Below, one piece after another: positions 38,690 to 53,832 of a DNA stretch of 64,000 nucleotides (position 1 is its first letter; each line of letters opens with the position of its first letter). The position numbers and the translations under genes were made by a program. The DNA comes from the human T2T-CHM13v2.0 reference genome, Homo sapiens, in the NCBI RefSeq assembly GCF_009914755.1, contig NC_060928.1, one strand, 5' to 3'. The notes beneath the pieces were generated by a model. The model saw nothing but the letters and a program-made list of their open reading frames with translations, was not told the origin of the DNA and searched no databases.

Positions 38690-39140
38690 GACATAAAATG
38701 GTTTTCTTCTCACAAAAATTTGTAAGTAGTGTAAAAGATATTATATATTGAAGGAATTCTTGCCACCAGAAGAATTCACTGTTTGTATTTTGGTTTGCAG
38801 ACTTGGGCTACGCCAATGTCAATATAGATTTTTATCCTTTTTTTTAAGAGTTTGCCCAATTTTTTTTAGGGCAAATTTCTAGAAATCTCTTTTTTTCATT
38901 AAAGGGCATCTATATTTTAAATTTCTACAATCATTGCTAAAGTACCTTCTGTAAGGCTTGTATTAACTTATATTCCTATAAGTAGTCCTCTTTCTCTGTG
39001 TCCTTGCCTGTAAAGTGAATTAGAAGTTGTTTTAATCTTTACTAGTATGGGAGGCAAAAACAGAAACTTATGGTTGTTTTAGTTTGTGTCTCTTTGATTA
39101 TCAGGGAAGTTGAGCATCCTTACGTGTGATTTTTGGACAC
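38690..39140 (-). mobile_element. Old L1M fragment
   Basis: gttgttttagtttgtgtctctttgattatcagggaagttgagcatc, antisense L1 ORF2 3' end. Confidence 0.55.
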
Positions 39141-39313
39141 TTTATTGTTGTTGTTGTTGTTACTTTCCTCTTTGTGCCTGTAATTTATTTTAGTGCCAGT
39201 GGTGGCTGCTGCTTTCAGACCCTCGCCACCCAGGACAACAGCTCAGCTATGCCCTACTTGCCCCGCGTCAGCTGGAGTTGAAGCAGTGCCCTTCACTTAA
39301 GATTAAGCTTCCT

Positions 39314-39604
39314 GGCCAGGCGTGGTGGCTCAGGCCTGTAATCCCAGCACTTTGGGAGGCCGAGGAGGGTGGATCACGAGGTCAGGAGATCGAGACCATC
39401 CTGGCTAACACGGTGAAACCCCGTCTCTACTAAAAATACAAAAAATTAGCTGGGCATGGTAACGGTCACCTGTAATCCCAGCTACTCGGGAGGCTGAGGC
39501 AGGAGAATGGCTTGAACCTGGGAGGCGGAGCTTGCAGTGAGCCCACTGCACTCCAGCCTGGGGGACAGAGCGAGACTCCGTCTCAAAAAAAAAAAAAAAA
39601 AAAA
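39314..39604 (+). mobile_element. AluY-like with ~10-bp deletion in the right arm
   Basis: gagatcgagaccatcctggctaacacggtg; gcagtgagcc|cactgcactcc; TSD aagat(t/c)aagctt(c/t)ct. Confidence 0.95.
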
Positions 39605-40459
39605 GATCAAGCTTTCTCAGAGTCAGTTTCCTCATATAAACTACATGTTCTCGAAAAAGACAAGAGCTTGGTGGCTGAACACCCCAGCAGTCTAGTGTCC
39701 CCTTTGAATCCCTACTGCCATCATCTTCAGAGCCTGGGGTGGGAACACCCATGAATACACTGAGGGCCAGCAAAACCCACATGGCCCCTAGGCCTTCCTG
39801 AGATCAGAGGAGCCATCTTGAGGCACAAGCTGAGATTTTCTCTTGCTCATAACATTGAGTTCCAAAATTTAAGATGTAAACAAGATGCAAGATAGGCCGG
39901 CCATTTTTCTTTAAGATGAGGGAGAAAGGTAAAATCATATTTTGTATGTGTTTCACTAACCTATGCTAAGAACCTAAGATACAAAAGGCACGGGGGCTGG
40001 GAGATGGGGATGGGAGTTGACAGGGGAACATTATATATAGGTGCTTGCAAGGAAGTTGAGAAAAGGTATGATATGAATGGTACAAAGGAGGGAGTGAAAG
40101 GAAGAAGAGACAGTGCAGATGATAAGTCATATCTGCGGAAATAAATTTAGAATGATAATGAAAGCAGATTCCCTCCCTCATATTCTTTGGAGCATCTGCC
40201 TGTCTCCCCTTTCATTCCCACCACACTTAATGTAGTTTATTAAAAAACAAACAATGACAGAGGGAACTGGGAAGTACAAAACACACAGTGACCGGAGGTG
40301 TAACTGGTTGATTACTGTTCTGACTCATGTAATTTTGTCGACTCGTGTAATTTTGGCACTCGGTGTGAGCTTTTTTTCTGTAAGAATTGAATAATCAACT
40401 ACAGCGGACCCTTGTATTCCAGGCTTTGATAGTTATATATCCATAATACTTATAACAGA

Positions 40460-40650
40460 TAATATTTATTGAGAGCCAGACACTGTTCTGAGTGCTTTAC
40501 CTGTGTTATTGGCACTTTTGATTATTTCAACAAACTTGATCTCCATTTAACAATTGAGGAAAGAGAAAGTTGAAGTAATTTGTTGGAGACCACAGAACTA
40601 AGGTAATTTGATAGCCAAGTAGTTGAGGCTGTCATGCTGTTATTCTGTTC
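40460..40650 (-). mobile_element. MIR
   Basis: atatttattgagagccagacactgttctgagtgcttta...attgaggaaag. Confidence 0.6.
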
Positions 40651-40699
40651 CTCTATAATGCTAATTATTTGTGAGTGTTTTCTGGAAAAAAAAAAAATT

Positions 40700-41100
40700 G
40701 GCTGCAAGGAAAAGAAAATCCACCTGAGCTAGCATAAGCAAAAATAAAAGAGTATTATTAGGGTAAGAGAAATGAAAGACAGGGTTCAGAAACCAGGCCT
40801 CAGAAACAAATGGTAACAAGGCACTCTACACTGTTGGGATTCTGCCCTCTGCCTCCCTGTCTTTGCTGCCAATCTTACTCTGTTCCTGCAGTCCAAGGGG
40901 CTGGAAATATGGCTACCAGCTGCTCACAAGTTTGCATTTTATAGGTCCCACCACTTAAAGAGCTGGCTCTTGTTCAGTAGGTCCCGTTTTTACAATTCCA
41001 AAGAAGAGACCTTGGTTGGTCCACCTGTTTAGTTAAACAATCGCTGTGGCTGTAGAGCAGGGTCGCATTGGGAGCAGCGCTGGCAACCTATAAATATGTG
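40700..41100 (-). mobile_element. Possible old MLT1/LTR33-type LTR
   Basis: ttggctgcaaggaaaagaaaatccacctgagctagcataagcaaaaa. Confidence 0.4.
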
Positions 41101-41573
41101 GTGCAGAAAGAGAGATGCTTGAGCAGATAAATAGGAGCCCATTCCTGTGAGTAACTCCATGCTTTATAACTAAAGTGGTCTGCCGTTTCTCAGAGGCATG
41201 AATCTGAAGCCTGCTCATAGCAAGCCCTGCCAATGAGCTCATCCAATGAGCCCCCCATTTGCATCTCAAGACGGTTTTAGTCTCCTTTTAAATGATAAAA
41301 TTTTCAGGACATATTATAGTGTTGGTCTTCATGAGACTGAGACTTCATGACCTACATCAGTATGACATCACTTCCCAAAGAAACATGAATCCATATCCAA
41401 AATTCTTGCAATACATAATGTAAGCGTTCATTGAAGTTTCTTGAAGCAGCTAGAAGAGGAATTACTACATCATGTAACATGTATCAAGACCTCTTTAGAA
41501 AGCCTCATTAGATATTTCTCTTCTTCCTCCCCACAAACTGTCTTTTCTCTTAATCCATCTCTGATATCCAGAG

Positions 41574-41616
41574 CTGTTTGTTGTTATTGCTGCTGCTGTT
41601 GTTGTTGCTGCTGCTA
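41574..41616. repeat. (TGT/TGC)n trinucleotide repeat
   Basis: Direct reading. Confidence 0.85.
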
Positions 41617-42689
41617 TTTTGGTTTTTCATTTGTTTGGATTTTTCTATACCCTAACTTCTATGAATCACTCTGGCATTTTTTAGTATCTGTCATTTTTTT
41701 TCTACTACCACTCAGATCAGTGAAAAACAGGCATAGGATAATAGAAGATGAGGAAGGCGGAAAGCTATAACTATTTTTTTTTTTTTTTTTGCCTTACCAA
41801 GTTTTGTCTCACTGGAATCATTGCAGTTTTCCACAAAGAAGGGGACATCCCCCTGAGGCACCCAGAGTTTCTTCCAGTTCATGTTTCAACACACACACAC
41901 CCCGCTTCCTTCCTGTATCCTGCTGAGCTGAGTAGAATTATCTCCAAGGCCTTAAGAGCATTACCTCTCCATAAAATTGGGTGATCTGGAGTTGTCCTGA
42001 ATTTCAGCAGCAGGACTCAAACTTCCTTTATTCAGACGCTGTGGCTCGGGTCAAGATACATATTAGCCAGAATTATGTTTACCTGTGAATAATTGGCAGC
42101 CCAATTTGCAGGGGCTTACATTAATAGGGGTCTATTTTTTACTATAACAAGAAGTCTGGCCTTAGAGAGTTGCTGATGTTGGTTTAGCAGTTCCACTTGT
42201 CAAGCACTGATCCCAGGAGACAGGAATGGAGGACGAGGAGATAAGAAAGCAGGAGTGAAAGCTGTTACCAAAAAAAAAAAAAAAAAAAAAAAAAAGTTCT
42301 CCAGGTGGATGACTAGGCCTGTTCCTGTTGTGATCCCTCCAGGACATCTGTACATTGTCCTTCAGAAATGTCCAACCAACAGATGAAAGAAAGGTGCATT
42401 GATCCCTCAGTCCCTGACCCCACATTGGGCAAGGGCTGCCCTGTGGGATGTCACCAGCACTTCCAGCTGTGCATGCTTGTTTGCTGAGTAGGGTTCTGGA
42501 TGCCTTCATGCGGGGGTATCAGAGTGGCCTAGGGGCAGAGCACAAGAGGTGCTGAGGGCAGCTTAGTGGATGTGGGCTGTCAAGATGTCCTTGCAGGGAG
42601 TTGCGATGGCTGGAGTAAAAGGTGGGCTCCTGTGTGGATATGATGTGGGACCCAAGACGCATCTCATACAGCTCAGAACCTTCTGAATC

Positions 42690-43100
42690 TGAGGTTTCTA
42701 TGTGCTTCCTTAATTCTGGGAAGTTCTCTGTTACTGTTCCTTCAAAAATGTCATCCCAAGTATTCTCTTCTTTTCTTTTGGGATTCCTTCTATATCAATG
42801 CAGATATTGTCCTCCACAATGCTTAGTTTCCTTTTACAAATACCCTCTCCTTATATCCCCTCCAGAATCCTTTAGAGCTAGCTCTGCATCCCAATCTTCC
42901 TACTTGCTAATTCATTTTTTGTCTATGTTCAATCTGTCATTCGATCCATTTATGATATTTGTTCCAATGCATATATTTTTCTACTTAGTATCTCCAATTG
43001 GTTCTTCATAACTTCTTATTGCTGTTTCATGTCTATCTTCCCTCAACTCTTTTATAATATTTGATATGCTTATTTTAATCTTCCTGGCCCATCAACTATG
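42690..43100 (-). mobile_element. Ancient L1M fragment
   Basis: ttaattctgggaagttctctgttact...ttcttttgggattcc; T/C-rich antisense L1. Confidence 0.45.
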
Positions 43101-44803
43101 TTGCATCTCGGATAGCTTTCCACCAGGAGTCTTTCTCTTTATTCTCCTTGGCAGTCTCAGTGTTTTTCCCTCAGAGCTCCTGTTCTCCTGAGGGCATTCA
43201 TCTCCTTGATTGATTAAGTATCTCTGGAGTGAGGGCTAGAAGCCAGGGCCTCCATCGGTCCCCTTCCTAGAGGGCCATTTCAAGGCTGAGATGCTCAGGT
43301 GCTACTCTCTGGGCTTAATCACTTCATGTAGGGCATTGCCCCATTCCCCAAATGGGTGACCCTGTCCCTAGGGACTTCGTCGAAGGTTGTGTGTGGAGGG
43401 GTGCTGGGGAAGGCAATGCATGCAGCTGGCCAGACAGCTTGAGCATTTCCTTATCAGTCTCTCATGGAGCAGAAGTTTCTGCCTCACCACGTGCTCTTTA
43501 GCAGCCATTCAGTGGCAATCTGGCAATGCACAAGACCAAAGGGGTAGAAATAAACTCGTGCTCCCAACCCAGACCCTCCTCTAGAGGCCAACTTCCATTC
43601 GGGGCCAGCACTTTTACACAAACATCATGATCCAACCACCTTCTGGCTCTCCAAGTGTTCCTCTTAGTTTTTCCAGTAACTCTGGCTTCAACATCCTCCC
43701 TCTCACCTCCATGCATCTTCAGAATTGACTTCAGGAGTGGCAGCCAGCAGCCTGGTCATTTCTATTCTGTCAGATTCCCTATCTGTAGAGATAGGGAGTT
43801 CTTTTCTCCATGGGTACAGGGTGACCTCTTTGCCACAACTAATAAAAGCTGCATGTGGCTCCATCTTCCCAAATCTTGTGCAGTCACAGGTATATTATCA
43901 AATCTGTCTCCCACCTACTAATATCTAGAGTCTACTCCTGGCTGGAACAGTTGACCAGTGTGATGAATCCTGGAAGCAGATCCTGGAAGCTGTCCATGAT
44001 TACATACCAGGAGGCTCTGACTGGACCCTTGGTCACTGGGGACCAGGCCCTTCCTGGTTTGGACCTAATATCAGCAAACGGAGTTGTTTTCTGGTTCTGG
44101 GGTCTACTCCAAGAGCCTGCGCCATACTCTGCCATTTGCTCAGGTTTCCTGACAGCTGCCACAACTGCTCCTTCCTCTTTCTTCCCTCTAATGAGCTCCA
44201 CCAACAATGAAAATTCAGACCATCCCACCAGTTTGCGGTGAAGTCTAAGCTTGTTTAAAAACTCCTTGCTATAAATCACTCTCTGCTGAACTGAATCGAT
44301 TGTCTCTGATCCTGTGAGCTATGTTCCATCACATCCTGCCGGGGGCCAGCTGCCAGAGCTCCTAAAGCACAAACACAAAGGTAGCACCTTCCTCTCTTCT
44401 TCTTGTTAACATACAAGGAAACAGCAAAACAAAAACACCTAAACCTACAGATCGTATCAACTCTTCAATTTGACATATGTATCTGAAGACTATCAGATTA
44501 ATCTATAAGCAAAACTGAGGTCCTTGAAGACTTATTCTATGACCAAATAGTAATGAAAAATTCTGCAGGCTACATTTCACTTCTGGCATTTGTCTGTTTT
44601 GAAGTTTTGCCTTTCTGGTACCATTTTAATGCTCAACTACCTGGAATCTGGGCTGATACTGCTCACGGATTTTTCTTCTTTCTGGTAGTACATGTTTCTC
44701 ACCAGCAGTCTTAAAGCCTGCTTGATTCTCTGTCCTACTGAAAGAGCTCAGAGGATGCAGTTCCATTAATGAGTCAGATTCATCAGTGTAAAGATGTCCA
44801 ACA

Positions 44804-45204
<401 letters not shown>

Positions 45205-46095
45205 TTATAATTTCCAAAATCATCTCTTCAACCCCCTTGAAATAGGGAACTGATATATCACATCCCCATGTGGTTCCACCCCCAACCCAGGATTTCTCCC
45301 ATAGTGATAATTCTGATCCCAGAGACGTCTCCACAGTTTTCTGATTCGTGGATGATCACTACAAGAACCATGAATGCTTGTGTCAAGTTGAGCCCCAACT
45401 CCCTTGCTCCAATCTGTCCAGCAGCTGAACAATGGTGAAAGTTTTCCTTGGCTGCATTCTGGGGTAATAATTTTATCTAAGGTACAGCTGTGCATTGTTC
45501 TTTAGGTCGAAAATCTGGGACATTTGCCCCCAAACGTAAGGTGAATTAAACCAGACTGCCTTGCAACTGCCTCAAAGTCTGTCTCAACACAGTGACTCAT
45601 CCAAGAGAAACAGAGATGTGTCACCAAAAATATCTATAAATTTTTTTCCTGTTTTACTAGAAACTCCTTAGGGATAGAGTCGAGGGACTCATGCTGTGCT
45701 TAGAGCTAAACTTCCTGAAAATCTTCTCCCAGGGTCCTGGAGGCAAAAAGGGCAGTGCAGAATGCTCCTTAGAAGGGAGTGTGGAGGAAAATGCATGCTT
45801 ATATTAGAGAACCCATGTCTCTGAAACCCTGGAATTCAAAGAGCTTTCTGGACTATGCCCTCACTGGATTCGGAACTACCAGGCTTTCATCATCAAGAAT
45901 CCATCTTGCCAGCATGGGGCTGAAGTTTCTGCTTCCTGAATACCTTTTCCCCCATCAACTTCCTTCAGTAACTAGTGGAGAAAAATGAAAATATTCTGGG
46001 AGGTGGCATGACAGAAAAACTGAGTTTCTAATGTCACCCTTTGCAATGCATCACACACATTTAGATATCTCAAATGCCTGTGTCTAGGTGCCTTG

Positions 46096-46209
46096 TAGAG
46101 TGACCAACCATCCTGATTTGCCTCGGACTGAGGGGTTTACTGGGATGCAGGACATTCAGTGCTGAAACCAAGAAAGTCCAGGACAAACCCAAATGAATTG
46201 TTCACCCTA
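46096..46209. mobile_element. MER81 (hAT-Blackjack), full length 114 bp
   Basis: Terminal inverted repeats tagagtgacca...ttcacccta; internal ggactgaggggttt...ttcagtgct. Confidence 0.8.
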
Positions 46210-49200
46210 GTTTCATGCTCAAGATGAATAGAGACACCAAAATACAACAAAGATAAACATCTTGACTGAGGTGTATGTATTTCTGACAGCCATACCGCAT
46301 CAAAGAGCATGCACCGTAATTCTTTTCAGAATTCCCCTCACCTACAGACCATCCTCAGCCTCAATCTTTACCTGTCCACATCATCTTCTCCTCATCTTTT
46401 GGATATGTGTCAGCACTCTCTGCAATTAATTGTGTTGCATCCTGTATTCCAGATAACAATGCCAGAAATGGATGCAGATTTTGGTTTTGGCTATAAGGGC
46501 TTGGTTGTGAAACATACATATTTATATTGAGAGGAAAGTAGTGGGGAGAAGAATCCTACCTCCTTTGGCTGGTTTGTGCAATGAGCTCAGGACTACACAT
46601 TTAGATATGAAGTAATTAGAAATAATGAACCTCTGGGATTACCCCAAGACTTCCAGGAGACAGAGTGTGCCCCAAGTCATGCTGGCTACAAAGACTAGAA
46701 CTCGTTATGGATAAAAATGGGAGAATTCGATTAAACTAATTCACGGGTGTATATCCAAAGAGTATTTAAAAACATGGTAGTGGTGCCACATAAATAATAC
46801 ATAGATCCTACAAAGTCATGCCAACATCGTGAAAAGAAATCTGAGTCGTAGAGCTCCACATCCTGCTGCCCTCCAGACCTAATAGTGTTATTCTTCTGGT
46901 TTGTAGCTGGGAATTCATTTAAAGGCTGGAGAATTCGGTTTCGACTGTTCTTTCTCTGCTTAAGTCATGTCATAAGTAATGTCCATCAGATGTAACTCTG
47001 TGGATGGCGCCTTCACTTTAGCAGAGAATCTCCAGTCTCAGGAAGAAAATGAAAAGTGTATTTTCCTCTTGGCTGGATTCCTGCCTCCTGTCTTTTTTCT
47101 CTATCATATTGAGCACTCTACTGGTCTTAATCATTTTTTCTAAAAAGTCCTGGATTGTATTATTTTTTAAAAAGACACTGTGGACTCTGTCACTCATATT
47201 TTTAAAATAATAATAGTAATAAATTAAAGGAAGGCCTATGTCAGTGACCATGCTGCGCTAGGGAGACCCTTGTGCCCAAAACAACAGCTCCCAGCTCAAG
47301 AGAGGGAGAGAGCAGCCACACTGGCTGGCCTAGTCAATGTTTTTTTGCCAAAGATTTCTTTGTATCTGGAAATTGCTCTTATGTGTATCATACATGTTTG
47401 AAATAGCTTTCTCCAATTTGAAAAACCATAAAGCAGCAATAAACAAATGGGACTCTGATTAAAAAAAAATACTTTGTAAGTATCATGCATACTTTTACAA
47501 GTGTTTATTAGATGGTATCATTTTGCCTTTGCTTTTGCATAGTGGACTCTCAGTGCTCATGTAAACTTCCAGATGTAGTTAGGTCCCTAGACCATCCACT
47601 AACTTGGGTATATTTTTCTCTATTAACTATTTAAAAAAAAATCACAGGAAAAGAACCTAATGCTGAAAAGGCAGCCAAAAGTACAATGAAATGAAATCAA
47701 TCCTAATAACAAAGACTTCTCTTCTTTCCAAAAGCATGCGTTCCTCCCCAGTCCTGCACGGTAAACCACATCAGTGTGGGATGGTAACATTTCAGTAAGT
47801 TATTTGAATATCCCAAGACTAAGACCATGAATAAAAAGCAACAGCAGCAAGATTGCCAATAGGCTGTGGGTATTTAAAACACAATGGCAGAAGATTCCTC
47901 GAATACAAGGGATAGCTAGAGCCAATAAGCCCCAGTGCATGGATATTAGGAGGTTCATTGATTAGGGTTACATGATTAAAGAAATAGGCTAAGGGAATAA
48001 ACTGCTGTATACAGGGTTTAGCTCATATTTCTTGCAATGCATTTTTTGAGTACTTTTGCCCTCGTTCCTGGGAAAGATGGTAAGTTAAAAAAAAAAAAAA
48101 ACTTTATAAAGCATTACATTAAAAAATTCATACAAAAGGTACTAAGAATAGAAATCACATTCATGCTTCAGTTTCACACACTTTCTGTCCCAAACAGCAT
48201 ATAAATAAATATGATTTTTGTAACAGCTACATTGTGGCATATACCACAAAGGGCTCGGGTATCAGGCAAGGGAAAAACAATTTATCTTCATTACCATCTA
48301 TCCACACATACTTTGGTAATCATGAAGACATTTCTCCTTACAATTTCACAAGGAAAATAACAGAACTTGGGCTCTGGGTGTCAGTATCTGGCCCGAGTCC
48401 ATTTAGTGGCAAAAGGAATTCTTAAGTACTGACATTACATTTCAACGGGGCACAAAGAGACAGGATTTACATTCCTTCTTGGATTAGGTTTTGTTTTCAT
48501 ACTCATTCTCTTTAGATAATCAAAAGCATGTGTCCCCACACCTTGCCAGTTCCACCAAGGGATCCTCAGCACCCATCTCAGAGGGGTCTGATGTGACATC
48601 TGAAAGGCGACGTTGCTGCCTCCCCAGCCAAGGGGGGTGCTTGTAATTTCTCCTGCATTATCTTTGAGGTATCACTCACCAAAGCAATGAAGGGTAACCA
48701 TTCCGAACCCCACCAGTGACTCCTTCTGAAAAACCTATCAGTAGGAGCCTTCAGTTTTAAATAATCCCTGCCTTGTAGTCACACAGGGGAAGAATACCCC
48801 AGTCAATTTATGAGGTCTTTGCCTTCAAGTTGTAGATGAAAGGAGTTTGTTGCTAGCTGGGAAAGCTTATTTATGACATGATTGTTAAGGAAGGAATGGT
48901 AGTGTTCCCATTTTTTTCTTTTTCCTTTTTTAAGCCATCCTTGGGTTTTGATGATTGTGACAGTATTTTTTGCCTATGTTTTACATACTCCTTTTGGCCT
49001 TGAGTTTAAACTGGGTTGTATTCAAGGAGTCAACTTTAATTTTGTGACCAAAAAAAAATCTGTCATCAGAGCTATCCTGCCTTCATTTTGAGTACTCCCC
49101 ACGCTATCTTCTCTTTAACTCTAACTTGTTTTATTTTGAATCGCACAGAGAAGGAATTTGAATGGCTGCATGCATCTTTGGAGATGCTTAAACCTTTTCT

Positions 49201-49544
49201 CATTTTGGGTCTTAAGGATAAGTAGATCTACATCAGAAAAATATTAAAGGAGGGATCCTATATTCTAAAAATATAAAAAAGTAATTCAGAGTAGAGTAGT
49301 TCATCAAATTAAAAGACTATTTGTTGACTTCATCCTCTTTAGTGACAAAGGAGAATTTAGTTGCACTTCTTTCAGTCAGGGAACTCCACTGTGGATACTA
49401 CAGAAGCAGGCCAGATCATGTATATAATTTCACTAGGGGAGAAACAGATGGAATTTATTTTCTTACCTGAGTTCACCAGGTTTTCTCATACCTCGGCCTC
49501 TCTACTCCTGGTTTCTGATTGGAATCCCATATGGTATTTCTCAA

Positions 49545-49740
49545 GTGGGAGGCAAATCCCTAAGCATTTGCTTCAAAATCAATGAAATGAGCAGGTAGGG
49601 TGCTTGAGAAAAATAAGGATTCCCAAGCCCCATCCCAAGTCTGCTAAATCAGCATCTCTAACAGTGGCTCCAGGAATCTGAATTTTTAACAAGCTTCCCA
49701 GGCAATTCCTAAGACCCTAAAGTTTGGGGAATGACTACTG
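49545..49740. mobile_element. MER5-type element
   Basis: aaatcagcatctct...ggaatctgaatttttaacaagcttcccagg...aagtttgggga. Confidence 0.65.
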
Positions 49741-49769
49741 TGATGTCATAAGAGATTCTAGAATGGAGA

Positions 49770-50252
49770 CTGGCAGGATTGCTGTTGTTTACCCCAAGAC
49801 CAGCTTTGCCCTCATGCCTCAAGTAATAGAGCCCCTAAGTCTTGGCCAGGCACAACTCTCTTACTGCTAGGTATGTCCGTTTTATGGTTCCAGGCCACCA
49901 TGGAGATGCAAGCATAAGTGCTGTGAGCAGCTTAAAAGACAGTTAATTGACACACGCACTTGCTTCCTGCTTCTTCTTTCTTGCTGGCTGGAATCGGGGC
50001 ATCATGGCTGGCACTCAAGCATCCATTTTAGAAAGGAGGCAACATACTAAAAAGCAAAAGGGAAAGAATTTGACAACAATGAGCCTGCCATAACAGGCCC
50101 AAATAGCCCAACTCTCCATTTCTTCTATACGATAGAGAAATAAATGTCTGCCTGGTTTAATTCGTAAGTCTCTCATTTTGGTGTTTTGTTTTCAGTTGTG
50201 GAATGGAGTAGGGTAGACGGTATGTGCAGCTAAGCCTAAACTAAATGATATA
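49770..50252 (+). mobile_element. MLT1 (J/K-like) MaLR LTR
   Basis: gctggctggaat...atggctgg...agcatccattt, gagaaataaatgtctgcctggtttaa, gcagctaagcctaaactaaatgata. Confidence 0.55.
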
Positions 50253-50489
50253 GACTCCAAGAAAAAAAATGTCTGCTTTTTCTTCCATAATCCTAGAACC
50301 TGCCTGGTACTGATAAGCTGATTTCTTATAAGCAAGCAGTCCATTGTGGGGGATGAGATATGGAGATGGGTTTCCATGCTTGCAGATTCACAGCCTTTGC
50401 AGCTCCTGGGTCACCAGAACAAGACTAGGGGCCGGCCAGTCAAGCGGTAGGAAGATTATCTGCAACCTTATGCAATCATTAGAATTAAA

Positions 50490-50745
50490 GAGAGTATAAT
50501 GAGGGGATGAAGAGCAAAGACTATAGGCAGAGTCAGACTCCCTGGGTCTGAATACTGGGCCCTCACTTTTTCGTGTGCATTTCAGTAAATTGCCCAACTC
50601 CTTCGAACTTCAGTGTCCAACATTATAAAACGAGGAGACTTAGAAAACCAACCATACAAGACTTACTATGAGGCTTAAATGCTATACGTAAAGTCTGGCA
50701 TCTCAATAACAAATTTTCTCAATAAATGGCAAATATTATGATGGT
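50490..50745 (+). mobile_element. MIR
   Basis: gagtcagactccctgggtctgaatactgg...ctcaataaatggc. Confidence 0.65.
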
Positions 50746-51034
50746 TATTTTTGAAAACTGTAAGAGGAAAGAAAATGAAACATCAGGAAGTGTAGTTATG
50801 AAGCTCCCTCCACCAGCTACCCCAGAACCTGATTTTCTTCCACCTTGAGAAATAAATACTGTAAGCAGTTGAGTTTTGGAGAGAGAAAGAGAGATGTTTA
50901 AATAGGATTTTGAAGTCCCTGCTCTTGCTTTGCAAAGAAATCATCAGTAAAGTTCTATATTTTTCTTAGGAAAGAAAATAAAGTAACACCGATGAGAACA
51001 GGGAAGTGGAATAAGAGGCCGCTACGAAGTGAGA

Positions 51035-51200
51035 GGTAGCTTCCAGTCCTACCACCTCTGATTAGTTTATTGGCTGGATGATCTCAACCAAGTCGCTTAT
51101 ACTCTAAGCCTCAGTTTCCTTTTCTGTAGAAAGGAACTCATCTGCCTCAGATGATAACTGAGATAAGTGAATGAAATAACAATGTAGTTATATGTAATAA
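51035..51200 (+). mobile_element. MIR
   Basis: caagtcgcttatactctaagcctcagtttccttttctgta. Confidence 0.65.
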
Positions 51201-51979
51201 TCATATAATTTGGAATTTATAAAGAACTATAACTTTCTATGGTTTTATTACATATTCAGACTCCATGCTACATTCCTGGGGATAGCAGAAACTCTCTCAT
51301 GTAAATCTTCTCTGTGCCAATTAATCTCAACTTCAGGGAGGATCTGGGTAGAGAAGCTTTGGGCACGATCATCTCCAGTTGCTGACTTTCTAGGGTTGTA
51401 AGGGCCATACTCGTACAGGTAAGCCACCAGAATAATATATCGAAGCATCTAAAAAAATTTTGTTACACACCCATCTTAGTCTCTATTTAACCCCTTTCAT
51501 TGTACAAAAGGCAAGTGCTTTGAAAGGCCAGTTATAATCAAGTATTAGGAGGAAATGCAGAAATCACTTTCAAGTAGGTTGGCTGTGCATAGCATGGAGG
51601 CTGTACTTAGTCCATCATAGTCTGAAGCTCTTAGATGACATCAGGCATCAAAAATGCCACCTGTCACTGCTGCCCAGCCACAAGAATGAGTCCTTCCCTC
51701 CAAGGAAAATACTGACTGCTATCAAATATGTATTTACTTATTCACAAGCTTCCCTCCCGCTCAGCTCCTCACTGGCGTCACCGATTAGGTCCTTATAAAT
51801 CCCAGTACAGTACATTTTTTCTTCCACATGGATCCTCTCTGTAACACTTTCAGGCTTCTAGAAGGCAGTGATAATTTCTATCACACTCAACATCCATCAG
51901 ATCTAGATGTTTAACATGTAATGTGCAGTTTTAAAGGATGTGGATGCCGAGCCATGACGAGGCCTGCTGGCTCCATCTT

Positions 51980-52500
51980 TTCTGAGTGTCCACACTGGGC
52001 CAGGTCTGTATCAGGCACTGAGCTGTGAATAGGAACATGCTCACGGAGGTCACCTTTCAGCAGGAGATCCACTTTGTACAAAGACACACATATCTTTGAT
52101 AAGCCGTAGGAAAGCAGAGTCTAAGGCTGAAGGAAGAGTTTCTGAAGCGAGATAACTTGGCAACTTGGAGGATGGATAGGAACTGGTGCAAAGGCCATGT
52201 AAGTGTGAAGGGGCTGATATGGATTAGGAGCTGAATGAAACCCAGTGGGCTGGAATGTGGAAGGGAGCTGGCAGGAGCTGGAGAAGGAAGCAGCAGCCAG
52301 GTCATTTGGTTGGCATTTAAATGACTTTTGCTTTTAATCTAACTGAAATAGGCAGCCACTTAGCTGTTTTAAACAGGGAACTGAGCTAATCCAACCTGCA
52401 CATGAAGATGATGTCACTGCTGTTGTAGGGATAGCCAGTTAGGAAGCTCTTCAGGTGCCTGGTCTGGAAAGAGTTGTGTGATTCAGGTTGGGCTGATAAC
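51980..52500 (-). mobile_element. L2 fragment
   Basis: gtgcaaaggcc...gtgggctggaatgtg...ggagctggagaaggaagcagcagccaggtca...aggcagccact. Confidence 0.6.
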
Positions 52501-53100
52501 TGTAGTTAGAGAAGTTTGGAGATCAACTGTTTCTTATACTGTGGTGGGAAATCTTTCAGTAGAACCAACTCAGATCTATGGATCCTTAACAGCTGGAGGA
52601 AGACAGTGATGGGGGAGTCTGTACTTATGACGAGCTCCAGGGTTATCTTACATACACAATGTTCGAGGCTTGGACTGACACTTCTGTATCTTCTTATTGC
52701 TAGTGAATTCCTTAAAAGGACTAAATTCATGAGTCTGGATCCACCCCAAACCTAGTCTCCTGAAGGTTTCCTAAAACATCAGATTTAACTGTCACTAGAA
52801 TGGTTGTCCCCAGTGAAAAGCATAGTTCTCCTGGCCAATGGTCAGTAAAGTCTGCACTTTAAGCTCTTCCAATAGTAGTGATGAGTTTGTGCAAATTGGT
52901 CCACACATTTTCCTGACTCACAATGTAAATGTTTAAGACTAGTGGGCAAACGCACAACCTGCTGACATGGAACAGAGCAAAATCAGCTGACTCCAAGCCA
53001 CAAACCACCCCAGCCCCATGCTAAAAATGTCATTAATGGGCTTGATTAATGATACTTAATTTTGTGTTTGCTTTAATGGTATTTCAATAAAAAATTATCT

Positions 53101-53496
<396 letters not shown>

Positions 53497-53832
53497 TTAT
53501 GCCACAGTCAGATTTGCATTTGATAGATAACTTTGTGCACTATGTAGAGGCTGGCTTAAGGAACAAGCCAGGGGACAAAACACATGGCACCCTAGTCTGT
53601 GCGGCCAGCCTCACACACCCTGACTTTCTGTCCTTTTGGGAAAAGACAGCAGCATGCTTGTTAATGGAAGATCCTAGACTTCAGATGCAGACCCTCACCA
53701 AATTTCTGGCTAAACCATGGGTCTATACCTCAAAATTAAACCACACAGTATATGCAAAAAGTATGAGTAGTAAAAGCAACAAATGTTACTTTCCCCCACT
53801 TCTTTTAAAATAAAGTAATATAATATTCTAAG

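Noticed and set aside
43387-44300. Cluster of 65-128 aa ORFs on both strands
   Set aside because: No recognisable protein similarity; the region may be a decayed ERVL-type LTR but the match is too weak to call
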